From the human T2T-CHM13v2.0 reference genome, Homo sapiens: a stretch of 64,000 nt of DNA. Below, one piece after another: positions 40,901 to 51,250 of this stretch; within the stretch, counting starts at the first letter, position 1; every line of letters starts with the position of its first letter. Made by a program: the position numbers and the translations under genes. The DNA is taken from assembly GCF_009914755.1 (NCBI RefSeq), contig NC_060938.1. The stretch is one strand, 5' to 3'. The notes under the pieces are model-generated. The model was not told the DNA's origin. It worked only from the letters and a program-made list of their open reading frames with translations, and searched no databases.

Positions 40901-43900
40901 TGTGAAGATATTTTCTATTTCACCTTAGGCCTCAAAGAGATAAAAAATATCCCTTTTCAGATTCTACAAAAAACTGTTTCTGAACTGCCTCATCAAAAGA
41001 AAGGTTCAACTCTGTGAGATCAATGCACACATAAAAAAATTAGTTTCTCAGAATGCTACTGTCTAGTTTTTATGTGAAGATATTACTTTTTCACCATAGG
41101 TCTCAAACTGCAAACAAATATTCCTTTGCAGATTGCACAAAAAGTAAGATTCCACACTGCTTAATGAATAGAAAGGTTCAACTCAGTGAGATGAATGCAA
41201 ACATCACAAAGAGTTTTCTCAAAATGCTTCTGTCTAGGTTTTAGATGAAGATATTTACTTTTTCACTATAGGCCTCAAACCACTCACAAATATCACTTTT
41301 CAGATTCTACAAAATGACTTGTTGCCAAACTGCTCAATGAAAGCAAGATCCAACTCTGTGAGATGAAAGCACACATCACAAAGAAGTTTCTCAGAAAGTT
41401 TCCCAGAAAGTTTCCGACTAGTTTTTATATGCAGATATTTTCTTTTTCACCATAGGCCTCAAAGCACTACAAATATCCGTTTGCAGGTTCTACAAAAAGA
41501 GTGTTTCCAAACTGCTCAATCAAAAGAGAGGTTCAACTCCTTGTGGTGAAAGCACACAGCACAAAGAAGTTTTACAGAAAACTTCTGTCTAGTTTTTATG
41601 TGAAGACATTTCCCATTTCACCATAGGCTCCAATGTGCTCACAAACATCCTTTTGCAGATTCTACAAAAGGACTCTTTCCAAACTGCTCAATCCAAGGAA
41701 AGTTTCAACTCTGTGACATGAATGCACACATCACAAGGAACTTTCTCAGAATGCTTCTCTCTAGTTTTTATGTGAAGACATTTCCTGTTCACCATAGGCC
41801 TGAAATGCTGCAAATATCCATCTTCAGATTCTACAAAAAGAATGTTTCCAAACTGTTCAATCAAAAGAAAAGTTCAACTCTGTAAGACGAAAGCACACAT
41901 CACAAAGAATTTTCTCAGAAAGCTTCTGTCTAGTTTTTTTTTGTGTGTGAAGATATTCCCTATTTCACCATAGGCCTGAAAGGGCTCAAAAATATCCTTT
42001 TGCATATTATACAAAAATACTGTCTCCAAACTGCACAATCAAAAGAAAGTTTCAACTCTGTGTGATGAATGCACACATTACAAAGAAGTTTCTTAGAATG
42101 CTTTTGTCTAGTTTTTATATGAAGATATTTATCTCACAATAGCCTCAAATGGCTCAGGAATATCCCTTTGCAGATTGTACAAAAAGACTATTTCCAAACT
42201 GCTCAATCAAAAGAAAGTTTCAACACTGTGAGATGAATGCACACATCACAAAGAAGTTTCTCAGAAAGCTTCTGTTAAGATTTCATGTGAAGATATTTCC
42301 TTTTTCACCATAGGCCTCAACGGGCTCAGAAGTATCCCTTTGTAGATTCTACAAAAGGTCTGTTTAGAAAACTGCTCAATCCAAAGAAAGGTTCAACTCT
42401 GTGAGATGAATGCACACATCTAAAAGAAGTTTCTCACAATGGATCTGTCGAGGTTTTCTGTGAAGATATATCCTTTTTAACCATAGGCCTTAAACTGCTC
42501 ATGAATATCCCTCTGCAGATACTACAAAAAGACTGTTTCCAAACTGCTGCATCCAAAGAAATGTTCAATTCTGTGAGATGAATACACACATCACAAAGAA
42601 GTTTCTCAGAATGCTACTGTCTGGTTTTTATGTGAAGATATTTCCTATTTCACCATAGGCTGTAAAGGGCTCACAAATATCCATTTGCATATTCAAAAAA
42701 AAGACTGTTTCCAAACTGTTCAAACTAAAGAAAGGTTCAACTCTGTGAGATGAATGCACACACCAGAAAGAGGTTTCTCAGAATGCTTCTGTCTAGTTTT
42801 TAGGTTTTTATGTGAAGATATTTCCTTTTTCAGCATAGGACTCAGTGGGCTCAGAATTATCCGTTTGCAGATTCTACAAAAGGACTGTTTAGAAAACTGC
42901 TGAATCCAAAGAAAGATTCAACTCTATGAGATGAATGCACACATCACAAAGAAGTTTTGCAGAATACATCTATCTAGTTTTTCGGTGAAAATATTTCTTT
43001 TTTCACTATAGGCCTCAAAGCACTCCAAATACCCATTTGTAGATTCTACAAAAAGAGTGTTTCCAAACTGCTCAATCAAAAGAAAGTTTCAACCCTGTGA
43101 CACGGAAGCAAACATCACAAAGTAGTTTCTCAGAAAGCTTCTGTCTAATTTTTGTGTGAAGGTATTTCCTATTTCACCATGGGCCATATAGTGCTCACAA
43201 ATATTTTTGTAAATTCTACAAAAAGGCTGTTTCCAAACTGCTCAATCCACAGAAAGTTTCAACTCTGCGAGATGAATGGACACACCACAAAAAAGTTTAT
43301 CAGAATGCTTCTATCTAATTTTTATGTGAAGACATTTCTTTTTCACCCTAGGCTTCAATGGGCTCAGAAATACCCCTTTGCAGATTTTACAAAAGGACTG
43401 TTTCCAAACTGCTCAATCAAAGAAAGGTTCAACTCTATGAGATGAATGCACACATCACATAGATGTTTCTCACAATCCTTCTGTCTATTTTTTATGTGAA
43501 GGTATTTCCTTTTTCACCATAAGCCTCAAAGTGCTCCAAACATCCATTTGCTGATTCCACAAAAAGACTGTTTCTAAACTCCTCAATCAAAGAAAGATTC
43601 AACTGTATGAAATGAATGCACACATCACAGAGATGTTTCTCACAATGCTTCTGTCTGTTTTTTATGTGAAGGTATTTACTTTTTCACCATAGGCCTCAAA
43701 GCGCTCCAAACATCCATTTGCTGATTCCACAAAAAGACCCTTTCCAAACTGCTCAATCAAAAGAAAGGTACAACTCCATGTGTTGAAAGCACGCATCACA
43801 AAGAAGTTTCTCAGAAAGCTTCTGTCTAGTTTTTCTTTGAGAATATTTCCTGTTTCACCATGGGCCATAAAGGGCTCAAAAATATTTTTTGCAGATTCTA

Positions 43901-46900
43901 CAATAAGACTGTTTCCAAACTGCTCAATCCAAAGAAAGGTTCAACTCTGTGAGATGAATGGACACAAGACAAAGAAGTTTCTCAGAATACTTCTGTCTAG
44001 GGTTCATGTGAGGTATTTCCTTTTTCACCATAGGCCTCAAAGTGCTCCAAATATCCATTTGCAGATTCCACAAAAAGACTGTTTCCAAATAGCTCAATCA
44101 AAAGAAAGTTTCAACTCTGTGAAGTGAAAGCACACATCACAAAGAAGTTTCTCAGAATGTATATTTGTAGTTTTTTTGTGAAGATATTTCCTTTTTCACC
44201 ATAGGCCTCAACACGCTCGAAATAGCCATTCACAGATTCTACCAAAAGACTGTTTACAAACTGCTAAATCAAAAGAAAGTTTCAGCTCTATGATATGAAT
44301 GCACGCATCACAAAGAAGTTTCTTAGAAAGATTCTGTTTAGTGTTTATCTGAAGATATTTCCTTTTTCACCGCAGGCCTCAAAGCGCTCCAAATATGCAT
44401 TTCCAGATTCTATAAAAAGTCTGTTTCCAAGCTGCTCAATGAAAGGAAAGGTTCATCTCTGTGAGATGAAAGCACATATCACAAAGAAGTTTCTCAGAAT
44501 GTTTCTTTCTAGTTTTTTTGTGAAGATATTTCCTTTTTTACCATAGGCCTCAAAGCACTCCAAATATCCATTTGTAGATTCTACAAAAAGACTGTTTACA
44601 AACTGTTCAATCAAAAGAAGATTTCAACGCTGTGAGATGAATGCACGCATTACAAAGTAGTTTCTCAGAAAGCTTCTGTTTAGTTTTTTTGTGAAGATAT
44701 TTGCTTTTTCACCATAGGCCTCGAAACGCTCCAATTATCCATTTGCAGATTATGCAAAAAGAGTGTTTCCAAACTGCTCAGTAAAAGAAATGCTTAACTC
44801 TTTGAGATGAAAGCACTCATTAAAAATAAGTTTCTCAGAAAGCTTCTGTCTAGCTTTATGTGAAGATATTTCCTATATCACCAAAGACCTCAATCAGCTG
44901 AGAAATATCCCTTTGGGGATTCTACAATAGGACTGTTTCCAAACTGCTCTAGCAAAGGAAAGGTTCAACTTTGTGAGATGAATGCAAGCATCACAAAATA
45001 GTTTCTCAGAAAGTTTCTGTGTAGTTTTTATGTGAAGATATTTCCTACTTCACCATAGGCCTCAAAGGGTTCACAATTATCCCTTTGTAGATTTTACAAA
45101 AATACTGTTGTCAAATCTTCAATCAAATAAATGTTCATCTGTGTGAGATGAATGAAAACCTCACAAAGAAGTTTCTCAGAATGCTTCCGTCGAATTTTTA
45201 TGTAATGATATTTCCTTTTTTACCATAGGCCTCAAAGCGCTCTAAATATCCATTTGCAGATTCTACAAAAAGGTGGTTTCCAAACTGCTCAATCAAAAGA
45301 AAGGTTCAACTCTGTGAGATGGAAGCACACATCACAAAGAAGTTTCTTAGAAACCTTCTGTCTAGTTTTTATGGGAAGATATTTCATATTTCACCATAGG
45401 CCTCAATGGGCTCAGAGATATACCTTTGCAGATTCTACAAAAGGATTGTTTACAAACTGCTCCATCCAAAGAAAGGTTCAACACTCTGAGATTAATTCAC
45501 ACATCACAAAGAAGTTTCTCAGAAAGCTTCTGTCTAGTTTTTATGTGAAGATATTTCTTTGTTCACCATTGGCCTCAAACTGCTCGCAAACATCCCTCTA
45601 CAGATACTACAAAAAGACTGTTACCAAACTGTTTAATCAAAAGAAGGGATCAACTCTGTGTTATAAATGCACATGTCACCAAGAAGTTTCTCAGAATGCT
45701 TCTGTCTAGTTTTTATGTGAAGATATTTCCTTTCTCACCAAGGCCTCAAACCACTCCAAATATCCATTTGCAGATGCTACAAAAAGATCGTTTCCAAACT
45801 ACTCAATGAATAGAAAGGTTCAACTCTGTGAGATGAAAGCACACATCACAAAGAAGTTTCATAGAATGTTGCTTTCTAGTTTTTATGTGAAGATATTTCC
45901 TTTTTCACCATAGTCCTCATAGTGCTCCAAATATACACTTGCAGATTCTACAAAAAGTGTGTTTCCAAACTGCTCAATCAAAAGAAACGTTCAAATCTGT
46001 GAGATGAAAGCACACATCACAAATAAGTTTCTCAGAAATGTTCTGACTAGTTTTTATGTGAAGATATTTCCTATTTCACCATAGGCCTCAATGCGTTCAC
46101 AAATATCCCTTTGCAGATTCTACAAAAGGACTGTTTTGAAACTGTTCAACCAGAAGAAAATTTCAACTCTGTGAGATGAATGCATACATCACAAAGAAGT
46201 TTCTCAGAATGCTTCTGTCTAGTTTTTAGGTGAAGATATTTCCTTTTTCACCATAGGCATCAAAGTGCTCCAAATATCCATTTGCATATTCTACAAAAAG
46301 GCTGTTTCCAAACTCCTTAATCAAAAGAGAGGTTCAACTCTGTGAAATGAAAGCACACTTCATAAAGAAGTTTCTCAGAATGCTTCTGTCTAGTTTTTAT
46401 GTGAAGATATTTCCTATTTCTCCTTAGGCCATAAAGGGCTCACAAATATCCCTCTGCAGATTCTAGAAAAGGACTCTTTTCAAACTGCTCAATCAAAAGA
46501 AAGGTTCAAATCTGTGAGATGAATGCACACATCACAAAGAAGTTTCTCCAAAAGCTTCTGTCCACTTTTTATGTGAAGATATTTCCCTTTTCACCATACG
46601 TAACAAAGCGCTCAAAATATCCTTTTGCAGATTCTCTGAAAAGACTGTTTCCAAACTTCTCAATCAAAAGAATGGTTCAACTCTGTGAGATGAATGCATA
46701 TATCACAAAGAAGTTTCTCTGAAATCTTCTGTGTAGTTTTTATGTGAAGACATTTCCTTTTTTACCGTAGGCCTCAAGCCACTCACAAATATCCCTTTGC
46801 AGATTTTACAAGAACAGAGTTTCCAGACTCATCAAAGAATAGATACTTTTATCTCTCTGAGATGAGGGCAAACCTTGCAAAACAGCTTCTCAGAAACATT

Positions 46901-47193
46901 CTTTATAGTTTTTATTGAAGATATTTCCTTTCTCACCATAGGCCTCAAAGGGCTCACAATATCCCATTGCAGATTCTACAAATTGACAGTTTTCAAGCTG
47001 TTCAGTCAAAAGACTGTTTCAACTATGTGAGATGAATGCACACATGACAGGGAGGTTTCTCAGAGAACTTCTGTCTATTTATTATGTGAAGGTATTTCCT
47101 TTTTCACCAAAGGCCTCAAAGCGCTCACAAATATCTCCTTGCAGATTCTACAACAACAGAGTATCCAAACTCATTAATCAAAATAACGCATCA
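37997..47193 (-). repeat. Diverged monomeric alpha satellite, inverted orientation
   Basis: Reverse-complement motifs (TCTAGTTTTTATGTGAAGATATTTCC, GATGAATGCACACATCACAAAGAAGTTTCTCAGAA) recur every ~171 bp. I saw no CENP-B boxes and no homogeneous HOR. Confidence 0.96.
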
Positions 47194-48102
47194 CATAAAA
47201 TTTCTAGAAGAAAACCTAGGCCATAGCATTCTGGACATAGGCATGGGCAAGATCTTCATGTCTAAAACACCTAAAGCAATGGCAACAAAAGTCACAATTG
47301 ACAAATGGGATCTCATTAAACTAAGGAGCTTCTGCCCAGCTAAAGAAAACACCATCAGAGTGAACAGGAATCCTATAGAATGGGAGAAAAATTTTGCAAC
47401 CTACTCATCTGACACAGGGTTAATATCCAGAATCTACAATGAACTCAGACAAATTTACAGGAAAAAAAACAAACAACCCCATCAAAAAGTGGGCAAAGGA
47501 TATGAACAGACATTTCTCAAAAGAAGACATTTATGCTGCCAATGAACAATGAAAAAATGCTCATCTTCACTGGCCATCAGAGAAATGCAAGTCAAAACCA
47601 CAATGAGATACCATCTCACACCAGTTAGAATGGCGATCATTAAAAAGTCAGGAAACAACAGGTGCTGGAGAGGATGTGAGAAATAGGAACACTTTTGCAC
47701 TGTTGGTGGGACTGTAAACTAGTTCAACCATTGTGGAAGTCGGCATGGCGATTCCTCAGGGATCCAGAACTAGAAATACCACTTGAGCCAGCCATGCCAT
47801 TACTGGGTATATACCCAAAGGACTATAAATCATGCTGCTATAAGGACACATGCACACGTATGTTTATAGCAGCACTATTCACAATAGCAAAGACTTGGAA
47901 CCAACGTAAATGTCCAACCACTGTAGACTGGATGAAGAAAATGTGGCACATATACATCATGGAACACTATGTGGCCATAAAAAATGATGAGTTCATGTCC
48001 TTTGTAGGGACATGGATGAAGCTGGAAACCATCATTCTCAGCGAACTATCGCAAGGACAAAAAATAAAACACCACATGTTCTCACACATAGTTGGGAATT
48101 GA
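47194..48102 (+). pseudogene. Defective L1 ORF2p C-terminal fragment (Cys-rich domain)
   Basis: Track ORFs 47243-47545 ([27 protein letters not shown]) and 47695-48102 ([14 protein letters not shown]...HMFSHIVGN*) match L1 ORF2p. The reading frame is lost around the A-run near 47462-47469. The EN and RT domains are missing. Confidence 0.93.
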
Positions 48103-48165
48103 TCGAAGAGAACACATGGACTCAGGAAGGGAAACATCACACACCACACACCAGGGATTGTAGTT

Positions 48166-48191
48166 GGGTGGGAGGAGGGGGAGGGGGAGGG
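48166..48191 (+). other. L1 3'UTR G-rich tract (potential G-quadruplex)
   Basis: GGGTGGGAGGAGGGGGAGGGGGAGGG contains five runs of 3 or more G. This tract is a known feature of L1PA 3'UTRs. Confidence 0.75.
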
Positions 48192-48370
48192 ATAGCATTA
48201 GGAGGTATACCTAATGCTAAATGATGAGTTCATGGGAGCAACACACAAACATGGCACATGTATACATATGTAACAAACCTGCACGTTGTACACATGTTCC
48301 CTAAAACTTAAAGTATAATAATAATAAAAGTAAATAATTAAAAAATAAACCCAGAGCTCCAAAAAAAACC

Positions 48371-49077
48371 AGAATGGTTCAACTCTATTAGATGAATGCA
48401 TAAATCACAAATATGTTCCTCAGAAAGCTTCTGTCTACATTTTATATGAAGATATTTCCTTTTTCACCATAAGCCTCAAAGTGCTCACAAATATCCCTTT
48501 GCAGATTCTACAAGAAAAGAGTTTCCCATCTACTCAATGAAAAGAAACATTTACCTCTGTGAGATGAATGCACACATTACAAAGCAGTTTCTCAGAAACC
48601 TTCTGTAGAGTTTTTATGTGAAAATATTTCCTTTTTCCCCGTAGGACTCAAAGCGCTCACAATATCCCTTTGCTGATTCTACAAAAAGACTGTTTCCAAA
48701 CTGCTCAATCAAAAGAATGGTTCAACTGTTTGAGAGGAATGCACACATAAAACAGAAGTTCTCAGAAAGCTTCTGTCTAGTATTCATGTGAAGATATTTC
48801 CTTTCTCACTATTGGCCTCGAAGTGTACAAAAATATCCCTTTGGAGATTCTACAAAAAGACTGTTTCCAATATGCTAAATCAATATAAAAGTTGAAGTCT
48901 GTGAGATGAATTCAAACATCACAGAGCACTTTCTCAGACACCATCTTTCTAGTTTTGCTGTGAAGATATTTACTTTTTCACCTCAGGCTTCAAAGTGCTC
49001 ACAAATATCCTTTTGTAGATTCTACAACAAGACTTTTAGTTTCTCAGAAATCTTCTGTCTAGTTTTTATGTGAAGAT
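48371..49077 (-). repeat. Diverged monomeric alpha satellite, inverted (~4.5 monomers)
   Basis: Resumes at AGAATGGTTCAACTCTATTAGATGAATGCA in register with the monomer interrupted at ~47190. Ends at ...TCTAGTTTTTATGTGAAGAT. Confidence 0.94.
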
Positions 49078-51250
49078 CAGAGTGCAGTGGAATGAAACGG
49101 AATGGAACAGAATGGAAGGGAATGGAATTGAGTGGAGTGGAATGGAAAGGAGTAGAGTGGAGTGGTGACAATTGGAGTGGAGTGGAGTGGAGAGGAGTGC
49201 AACGGAATGGAGGGGATTTGAAAGGAATGGGATGGAATGGAGTGGAGTGGAGAGGAGTGGAGTCAAATGGAATAGAGTGGACTGGAATGGAGTGGAGTGG
49301 AAAGGAGTGGATTAAAGTGGAGTGGAGTGGAGTGAATTGGAGAGTGGAGTGGAGTGGAGTTGAATGGAGTGCAATGGAATGGAATGGAATGGAATAGAGT
49401 GGAAAGGAATGGAATAGAGTGGAATGGAATGGAGTGGAGTGGAGTGGAAAGGAATGGATTAGAGTGGAATGGACTGGAGTGGAGTGGAAAGGAATGGATT
49501 AGAGTGGAATAGACTGGAGTGGAGTGGAGTGAAGAAGAGTGGAAGGGAGTGGAATGGAGTGAAATGGAGTGGAGTGGAATGCAGTGGAGGGGAATGGAAT
49601 GGAATGGAACGGAACTGAATGGAAAGGAATGGAAAGGAGTGGAATGGAGTGCACTGGAGTGCAGTGGAGTTGAGAGTAGTGTATCAGAATGCAGTGGAAT
49701 AGAATGAAATGGAATGGAATGGAGTGGAGTGGATTGGAGTGGAGTGAAGAGGAGAGGAAAGGAGTGGAATGGCATGGATTAGAGTGGGATGGAATACAAT
49801 GGAAAGGAATGGAATGCGACAGAATGGAACGGAATGGAGAACAGAAGAGTGGAGTTGAGTGGAGTGGATCAGAGTGCAGTCGAATGGAATGGAATGGAGT
49901 GGAGAGGAGTGGAGTGGAATGGAGTGGAGTGGAGTGGACTGGAATGGAATGGAATGGAGTGGAGTGTAATGTAAAGGACTGGAGTGGAATGAAATGGAGT
50001 GGAGCGGAGTGGAATGGAATGGAGTGGAGTGGAATGGCATGGAGAGGAGCAGAATGGAGTGGAGTGGAGTGGAATGGAGTGGAGTGGGGTGGAGTGCAGT
50101 TGAGTGGAGTGGATCAGAGTGCAGTCGAATGGAATGGAATGGAGTGGAGAGGAGTGGAGTAGGGAGGAATTTAATGGAAAGGAGTGGATTGAAATGAAGT
50201 GGAGTGGAAAGGAATGGAATGGAAAGGAATGGAATGTAATGGAAAGGAGTGGAATGGAACGGAATGGAGTGGAGTGGAGTGCAGAGGAGTTGAGTTGAGT
50301 GGATGAGAGTGCAATGGAATGGAATGGAATGGAATGAAATGGAATAGAGTGGAGTGGAATGGAGTGGAGTGGAGTGGAATGGAATGGAATGGAGGTGAAT
50401 GGAATGGAATGGAACACAGTGGTGAAAAGAAATGAGAGCTAAGATTGTGTCACTGCACTACAGTCTGGGAGACAGAGTTACAGCCAATTGAAATAAAGGA
50501 ATGGAATGGAATGGAGTAGAGTGGAATTGAATGGAGTGGAGTGGAATGGAACAGAAAGGAAAGTAGTGGAATGGAGTGGAGTGGACAGTAACAGAAAGGA
50601 GTGGAATGGAGTGGAGAGGAATGGAGTGGAAGTGAATGAAATGGAATGGAGTAGAAGGCAATGGAAATTAATGGAATGAATTGGAATGGAGTATAATGGA
50701 GTGGAGTGGGGTGGAATAGAGTGCATTGGAATGGAGTGGAATGCAACGGAATAGAATGCAGTGGAATGGAATGGAGTGCAGTTGAGTGGAATGGAATGGA
50801 GTGCAGTGGAGTGGAGTGCAGTGGAATGGAGTGGAATGTTGTGGAATGGAGTGGAGTGGAATGGAGTGGAGTGGAATGGAATGGAATGGTACAGAATGGA
50901 AGGGAACAGAATAGAATGGAGTGGAGGTTGAGTGGAGTGGAGTGGACCGGAGTGCAGTGGAATGGAATGGAGTGGAGTGGAGTGGAGTGGAATGGAGTGG
51001 AATGGAGTATAATGGAGTGAAATGCAATGGAGTGCAGTGGAATGGAGTGGAATGGAACGGAATGGAATTGAATGGAATGGAATGGAACAGAAGGGAAAGG
51101 AGTTGAGTGGAGTAGTGTGGAGTTGAGTGGAGTGGATTGGATTACAGTTCAATGGAATGGAATGGAATGGAAAGGAATGGAGTGGAGTAGAGTGGAATTG
51201 AATCAAATGGACTGAAAAGGAAAGGAATGGATTGAAATGCGGTGGAGTGG
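49078..51250 (+). repeat. GGAGT-rich subdomain of the pentamer satellite
   Basis: Dominated by mixtures of GGAGT and GGAAT and nearly free of GGACTCGAA, which appears abruptly from ~51284. Confidence 0.75.
50434..50485 (+). mobile_element. Short decayed Alu right-arm 3' fragment
   Basis: GAGAGCTAAGATTGTGTCACTGCACTACAGTCTGGGAGACAGAG against Alu consensus GTGAGCCGAGATCGCGCCACTGCACTCCAGCCTGGGCGACAGAG gives 35/44 identities by manual alignment. All four CpGs have decayed. Confidence 0.85.

Larger units (their letters stand above)
47194..48349 (+). mobile_element. 5'-truncated LINE-1, L1PA3/L1PA4-like, ~1.15 kb (ORF2 3' end, 3'UTR and A-rich tail)
   Basis: Starts CATAAAATTTCTAGAAGAAAACCTAGG and ends CCCTAAAACTTAAAGTATAATAATAATAAAA. 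The 3'UTR has CCTAATGCTAAATGATGAG...ACATGGCACATGTATACATATGTAACAAACCTGCACGTTG. ACTTAAAG and GCTAAATGA argue against L1HS/L1PA2. The subfamily call comes from recalled diagnostics. Confidence 0.96.

Noticed and set aside
178-47226. Dozens of 60-150 aa ORFs recurring in alpha satellite (e.g. MYPHCSIKRKF..., MKHSYCRICKW...)
   Set aside because: Chance open frames of the 171-bp monomer that repeat with the HOR period. There is no gene structure or known protein similarity. They were used only as position anchors.
47194-48349. Active or L1HS retrotransposon
   Set aside because: 5'-truncated, frameshifted and diverged, and it lacks L1HS 3'UTR diagnostics.
1-49077. CRISPR-like repeat/spacer appearance of conserved motifs separated by variable sequence
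   Set aside because: The intervening sequences are homologous parts of alpha monomers, not unique spacers. There are no cas genes and the context is eukaryotic.
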